Source: Candidatus Hydrothermarchaeales archaeon (GTDB taxonomy: Archaea; Hydrothermarchaeota; Hydrothermarchaeia; Hydrothermarchaeales; JAZGAD01). From it: 64,000 nucleotides of DNA. Both the position numbers and the translations under genes were made by a program. Numbering within the stretch: the first letter of the stretch is position 1; each line of letters begins with the position of its first letter. Shown piece after piece: positions 59,565 to 64,000 of this stretch. Below the pieces are notes generated by a model. It saw only the letters and a program-made list of their open reading frames with translations. It searched no databases and had not been told where the DNA came from. Where the stretch lies: positions 14,271-78,270 of the forward strand of contig JAZGAD010000010.1 of the NCBI GenBank assembly GCA_036444275.1, written 5' to 3'.

Positions 59565-60347
59565 TCAGCATAAGGATTCTAAGTATTCTCTTAGGCTATT
59601 CTTATTTTGCTTGGCAATCTTCCTCAAGGCTTTATCTACCCCAGTAGAGTATTGAACCGCCTTCTTTTTGCTCTCTATTATCCCCCTAGGTAAGCCTCTC
59701 CTCTTTGCTACTTCCCTAAGGATGAACTTCCTCACATCGCCCTTAATCTTGAGGTCTATAGGGATATTTAAGGCCATGTTTACCAACTCCTCATCTAGAT
59801 ATGGGGCTTTTAGTTCCAATTCATTGGCTCTTGCGATAGCCTCATCCCTCTTGATATCCACTTGCAGGAGTTTTTCTAGGTCTTGGACTAAAGACTTTTC
59901 CAGTTCTTCCGGGGGCATGCGTAGATATCTGTGATATCCTGCAAAAAGCTCGTCAGCCCCCTGCCCGATGAGTATAGCTTTCATACCATCGCTTTTGGCT
60001 TCTTCACAGGCAGCATAGAAGGGAATTCCAATGGAGACATGAAGCGGGTCCCGATTCTTAATAGCAGCTATAACCCTTCTTGCATATCCCTCCAGCTCCT
60101 CGTGTGCAAGCTCCCTCAGCTTCACATCAAACTTGAAGAACTCCTCTATCCCTCTAATATGCTCAAAGTCATGAGAGCCCGGCATAGCTACAGAATAAAG
60201 TGTTGCTTCCATATTCAGATCCTCATATATCTTAGCAATTAACGAGCTGTCCAGCCCGCCTGAGAAAAGGATACCAGTAGCTTGACTAGATGTACACCGC
60301 TCTACAGCTCCCTCTAACGCAGAGTCCAAATCGACGATATATTTCAT
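59565..60347 (-). CDS. Asparagine synthase C-terminal domain only
   Basis: FSGGLDSS, GQGADELFAGY, PYLD, KKAVQY; no Ntn glutaminase domain. Confidence 0.85.
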   Translation of the reverse strand: MKYIVDLDSALEGAVERCTSSQATGILFSGGLDSSLIAKIYEDLNMEATLYSVAMPGSHDFEHIRGIEEFFKFDVKLRELAHEELEGYARRVIAAIKNRDPLHVSIGIPFYAACEEAKSDGMKAILIGQGADELFAGYHRYLRMPPEELEKSLVQDLEKLLQVDIKRDEAIARANELELKAPYLDEELVNMALNIPIDLKIKGDVRKFILREVAKRRGLPRGIIESKKKAVQYSTGVDKALRKIAKQNKNSLREYLESLC

Positions 60348-60527
60348 AGTCCCACTAACCTCCGCATATTCCTCCCAAAGATGATCATATCTTCTCTTCC
60401 TACTCTAATATTACAATTATTACAACCTAGGCAATATTTATCTGTCCTTTCATAATTTTTAATTTGAATTTAATAAGAAGTATAGTAACATATCCCGGTT
60501 TATGATCCTTGGAATATATGTGATCCT

Positions 60528-61202
60528 ATGAAACTCGCAGCTCTTACTTCAGGAGGGAAAGACTCTCTATTTGCAGCCTATATCATGCATTCCCAAGGGT
60601 TTAAAATAAAATATCTCCTAACGGTTCTCCCAGAGAGATCAGATAGCTATATGTTCCATCACCCCAGTGTTCGCCTCACTAGTTATCAAGCGAGAGCAAT
60701 GGGAATCCCGCGTCTAACAAAGGGTACAGAAGGTGAGAAGGAAAAGGAGCTGGAAGACCTAAAGGCACTCATTAGCTCTGTGAAAGGTGAGATTGAAGGC
60801 GTTGTTAGCGGTGCTTTATTTTCGAAGTATCAAAAACAGAGGGTTGACGCTATCTGTGAGGCATTAAATCTGCGATCCTTTGCACCTCTGTGGCATAAAG
60901 ACCCAGAGATGCTCTTAAGGGAGATGCTGGACGCTGGCTTTGAGATAATAATCACTGCGGTTGCCGCTATGGGACTGGATGAAAACTGGTTGGGTAGGAG
61001 AATCGATGAAAGATGCATCGAGGACTTGAAAGATCTACACAAGAAATATAAGATTCATATCTGTGGCGAAGGCGGGGAGTTTGAATCCCTAGTACTAGAT
61101 ATGCCTCTCTTTAAACAAAGGTTGGAAATCGTGAAAGCTAGGAAGGAATGCGGAATCTCTGGAACTTATGCAATCGAGCAGGTAAAGTTAGTCAATAAAT
61201 AA
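60528..61202 (+). CDS. Diphthine-ammonia ligase-like PP-loop ATPase
   Basis: SGGKDS, SYMFH, GEGGEFES. Confidence 0.85.
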   Translation: MKLAALTSGGKDSLFAAYIMHSQGFKIKYLLTVLPERSDSYMFHHPSVRLTSYQARAMGIPRLTKGTEGEKEKELEDLKALISSVKGEIEGVVSGALFSKYQKQRVDAICEALNLRSFAPLWHKDPEMLLREMLDAGFEIIITAVAAMGLDENWLGRRIDERCIEDLKDLHKKYKIHICGEGGEFESLVLDMPLFKQRLEIVKARKECGISGTYAIEQVKLVNK

Positions 61203-61445
61203 TTCTGGTTTGCTCTATACAATGCAGCTATGGTTCTCAAACACATACTCCACTTGGTGTCTTTTTGAAGAGAAAAAGGAAATCCATATATAAAGATTGA
61301 CAGAATGTAGTTATGAGGGGGATGACAGAGTTCTTAAAGCCTCTGGACTTCTGGACCTTAAACTACAAAACCATGAACATGAACCAAAATTTATTTATAC
61401 CTTTATAAGATAACTAACCAAGTATTCAAATAGAGGAGGATTATT

Positions 61446-62921
61446 ATGCCTGAGGCTGAGACTTCTAAAAGAATGACTGAATTAGAGATTGAACAAGAGG
61501 CTATACTGGCCACCATTGATGAGTTGCAGAAGGCATTTGAGGTTGGGGAGCTAGAAGAGGAGGATTATAAAACATCAAAAGAGCATTACGAGGAGAAATT
61601 AAAGTCCATTGACGCTGAGATTGAGGGGCTCAAGGGGGAAGTAGAAGTAGAAGCAGAGGCACCAGCAGAAGCACCTGCGGCTGAGGTTACCGCCGAGGCT
61701 GAAAAAGTGGACTATTCCGAGATGTCTTGGGACGATTTGAGAGCTCTTGCCAAAGATAAAGGAATAAGCCTCGGAAAGGGTGTGACAAGAGAGACGGTTG
61801 AGGAGGAACTTAGAAAACTGGATGAAGGAGTAGTAGAGGCACCGGCAGAAGTAGTAGAAGTAGTGGAGGCAGAGGCGGTTGAGGTAGAGGTACCACCAGA
61901 AGTAGTAGAAGTAGAAGCACCACCGGTGGAAGCAGTAGTAGTAGAAGTACCGAAGGAGAGGCCTCCACCGAAGATGGAGATAGATCCCTCGATTAGGGCT
62001 CGGGTCGAAATGATCAGGGGTGAAATACCTTCCTTGAATTCTACCCTCGTTGGATTGAATATGAAGAAACAGATTAGCGAGTCCAGTTTAAAAGTTCTGA
62101 AGAAGAACCGCGATGATGGCTTGATTGATGACGCCACGTATGATAAGCTGAAGGAGAAATATGAGGAGGAACTCGCTACAGGCAATGACAAAATAAAGGA
62201 GATCACTTCTGAGATAAACGCCCGGAAGAATGTCATATCCAAGTACGATGCCTTGTCAGAGGTCCAATCCAAATATCAAAATGTACTGAACGGTCTGCAG
62301 GATACACTGTCTGGCAAGCGGAGGGAATTGGATTTTCTAGAGTCCGGCAAGCTGTACATAGTCTCTAACGCCAAAGAATATCTAAAGCAGATTACGGAAA
62401 ACTTACAAGTTATAGAGGATGAAAGTGTTGCTACTGGCGTACCCTACCCTAATAAGGAATTCCTTAAGGGGAGAAAGGACGAGATAAAGCAGGAGAAGGA
62501 TGTACTAGCCGAGCTTACGATCAAACTCGACAATTTCCAGACTCTTATTGATTCTTTAGAGAAGGAAAAGGAAAGCGGAGAAGTAGACGAGGATACCTAT
62601 TCGGTCCTTAAGACTGAGTATACCAAGGAAAAAAACCGGACCGAAGAACGCATGAACAAACTCACGGCCCACTTGAAGATGATGGAGTCTGTAATGGGGG
62701 GCTATGACAAGTTAAATGAGGCTATCGTGACCTGCAAATCCTTCATAGACATCACCAGGGACTCCCTTACGAGAATTTGGCTCGAGGATGATATAAGCAA
62801 GAAAAAAGAGGAAGCAAATAAGAAGACCTATGAGATAAGGAAGCAAGAAGATGAGCTGAGTTCCAAGCTTGAGGTACTGGAGGAGGAACTGTCGAAATTA
62901 TTGAAGGGTACATTAAGCTAG
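61446..62921 (+). CDS. Acidic coiled-coil protein with HeH/Rho-N-like motif and V/E/A/P low-complexity linkers
   Basis: Three G-x-(L/I/V)-(D/E)-(D/E)-x-x-Y hairpin motifs; YSEMSWDDLRALAKDKGI; GGAGG RBS. Confidence 0.75.
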   Translation: MPEAETSKRMTELEIEQEAILATIDELQKAFEVGELEEEDYKTSKEHYEEKLKSIDAEIEGLKGEVEVEAEAPAEAPAAEVTAEAEKVDYSEMSWDDLRALAKDKGISLGKGVTRETVEEELRKLDEGVVEAPAEVVEVVEAEAVEVEVPPEVVEVEAPPVEAVVVEVPKERPPPKMEIDPSIRARVEMIRGEIPSLNSTLVGLNMKKQISESSLKVLKKNRDDGLIDDATYDKLKEKYEEELATGNDKIKEITSEINARKNVISKYDALSEVQSKYQNVLNGLQDTLSGKRRELDFLESGKLYIVSNAKEYLKQITENLQVIEDESVATGVPYPNKEFLKGRKDEIKQEKDVLAELTIKLDNFQTLIDSLEKEKESGEVDEDTYSVLKTEYTKEKNRTEERMNKLTAHLKMMESVMGGYDKLNEAIVTCKSFIDITRDSLTRIWLEDDISKKKEEANKKTYEIRKQEDELSSKLEVLEEELSKLLKGTLS

Positions 62922-63000
62922 AACCAGAGCGGTGCCAGCGAAGTGAAGTTAGAGCTAAAGCCCGATGTTATAGCTCCATATAATAAAGTGGATAGAGACG

Positions 63001-63438
63001 TTAATTTAAAACTTTTTTATAGCAAGTTCTGTTGAATTCGCTGTTTCCACAGCCTTTGCATCTAATCATAAAATACGTTTCGTCCTCTGTATAATCCGTA
63101 TAAGAACTACCTTCTAAGTTATCACTCCCACACCGAGGACAGACTCTCCAGCCAAACATATTCCCTGCTTTAATACCCTCAGTATCATAGACTTTATTAT
63201 GATATAATCCAATGTTTTTTTTGTTGCGATGTTTGCTAGTTCCTAGTTCTGTATCACCTAGTAATTCTAACCGTAACCTCTCAAGGTCTTCTTTTATTGG
63301 GTTTAAGTCCCTGGAACCTTTTGCATAATAATGGCGTGCTATAAAGTAAGATAAGATTCCTGCTAGGGTAGGTCTTGCTATTGAGGAGGATACTAGATTT
63401 ATCCTCAGCAATATTCTTCTAATTATTAGATTTACCAT
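63001..63438 (-). CDS. Hypothetical protein with C-terminal Zn ribbon
   Basis: CPRC..CKGC; AT-rich. Confidence 0.55.
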   Translation of the reverse strand: MVNLIIRRILLRINLVSSSIARPTLAGILSYFIARHYYAKGSRDLNPIKEDLERLRLELLGDTELGTSKHRNKKNIGLYHNKVYDTEGIKAGNMFGWRVCPRCGSDNLEGSSYTDYTEDETYFMIRCKGCGNSEFNRTCYKKVLN

Positions 63439-63678
63439 TGTTCGGGGAATTAATTAGTTATTCTTCTTAAAAATATCGGTGATATGGACTATGTGTAACA
63501 ACTATTAGCTGTATTCGGTCTTAAATCCATCGCCTACTTTTGCAGTTTTTCCGCATCTTCATGTATAAGAACTACCTTCTTAGTTACTACCTTAGGATTA
63601 TTCTTCTCAAGGAACTCCATGAGCTCTCCAGGAAAACTTATATATTTTTCCCGATAAATATAATCGTGAGATGAAAAA

Positions 63679-64000
63679 ATGGAACAATCCATACGTCCTA
63701 AAATAATAATCGGCGTTTCTGCTCTTCTTGTTGGGGGGGTTCTTCTCCGCCGCCTTTCCGGTAAAAGAGAAAACTTAGTAACAGCTGGCAAACGGGCTAG
63801 CAGGCTGACTGGGGAAGAATTTTCTAAATTTGGGATAACTGCTGATATGTTTGTTGAAGGGCATTGGTGGGGTATGGAGGTAGAAGGTTTAACACCCTTT
63901 GCAAAGCAGGTGCTGAAAATCCCTTCCTCGGTTAATGGCCTTTGGGTGGATGAAACAAACCTCTGGGCGGTAAGGTGCGATATAAAGTCCGCTGATATAG
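63679..64000 (+). CDS. Partial hypothetical protein with N-terminal TM helix
   Basis: Open from ATG 63679 to the window end: MEQSIRPKIIIGVSALLVGGVLLRRL... Confidence 0.55.
   Translation, partial: MEQSIRPKIIIGVSALLVGGVLLRRLSGKRENLVTAGKRASRLTGEEFSKFGITADMFVEGHWWGMEVEGLTPFAKQVLKIPSSVNGLWVDETNLWAVRCDIKSADI

Noticed and set aside
639-62272. Numerous antisense or nested ORFs in the six-frame track (e.g. 48060-48677, 57003-57584, 61712-62272)
   Set aside because: Shadows of well-supported genes on the opposite strand or in another frame.

Overview
Archaeal (euryarchaeal-type; Hydrothermarchaeota/Methanomada-like by inference from gatCAB, LonB, RaSEA, NAC, CetZ, Trm11) chromosomal window of mostly housekeeping genes, with one degenerate-looking tRNA-Val(CAC), three MNT-HEPN toxin-antitoxin pairs, a glucosylglycerate-type solute cluster and a citrate-synthase-like/Mdh/aconitase cluster. 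The main feature is a ~12 kb island (about 32315-44261). It carries a frameshifted tyrosine recombinase that resembles integron integrases but lacks the IntI-specific insertion and has an extra N-terminal domain. Directly downstream, in the same orientation, lie an attI-like site and five cassettes, each closed by an attC-like hairpin of non-canonical geometry. The two ends of each cassette are complementary to each other, as expected for units that circularise. Cargo is a 7.3 kb partly decayed (mannosyl-)di-myo-inositol-phosphate gene cluster, a TA pair, and three AT-rich nuclease-like genes (HEPN, HNH, PD-(D/E)XK). All calls come from reading sequence and motifs by eye; no database searches were run.
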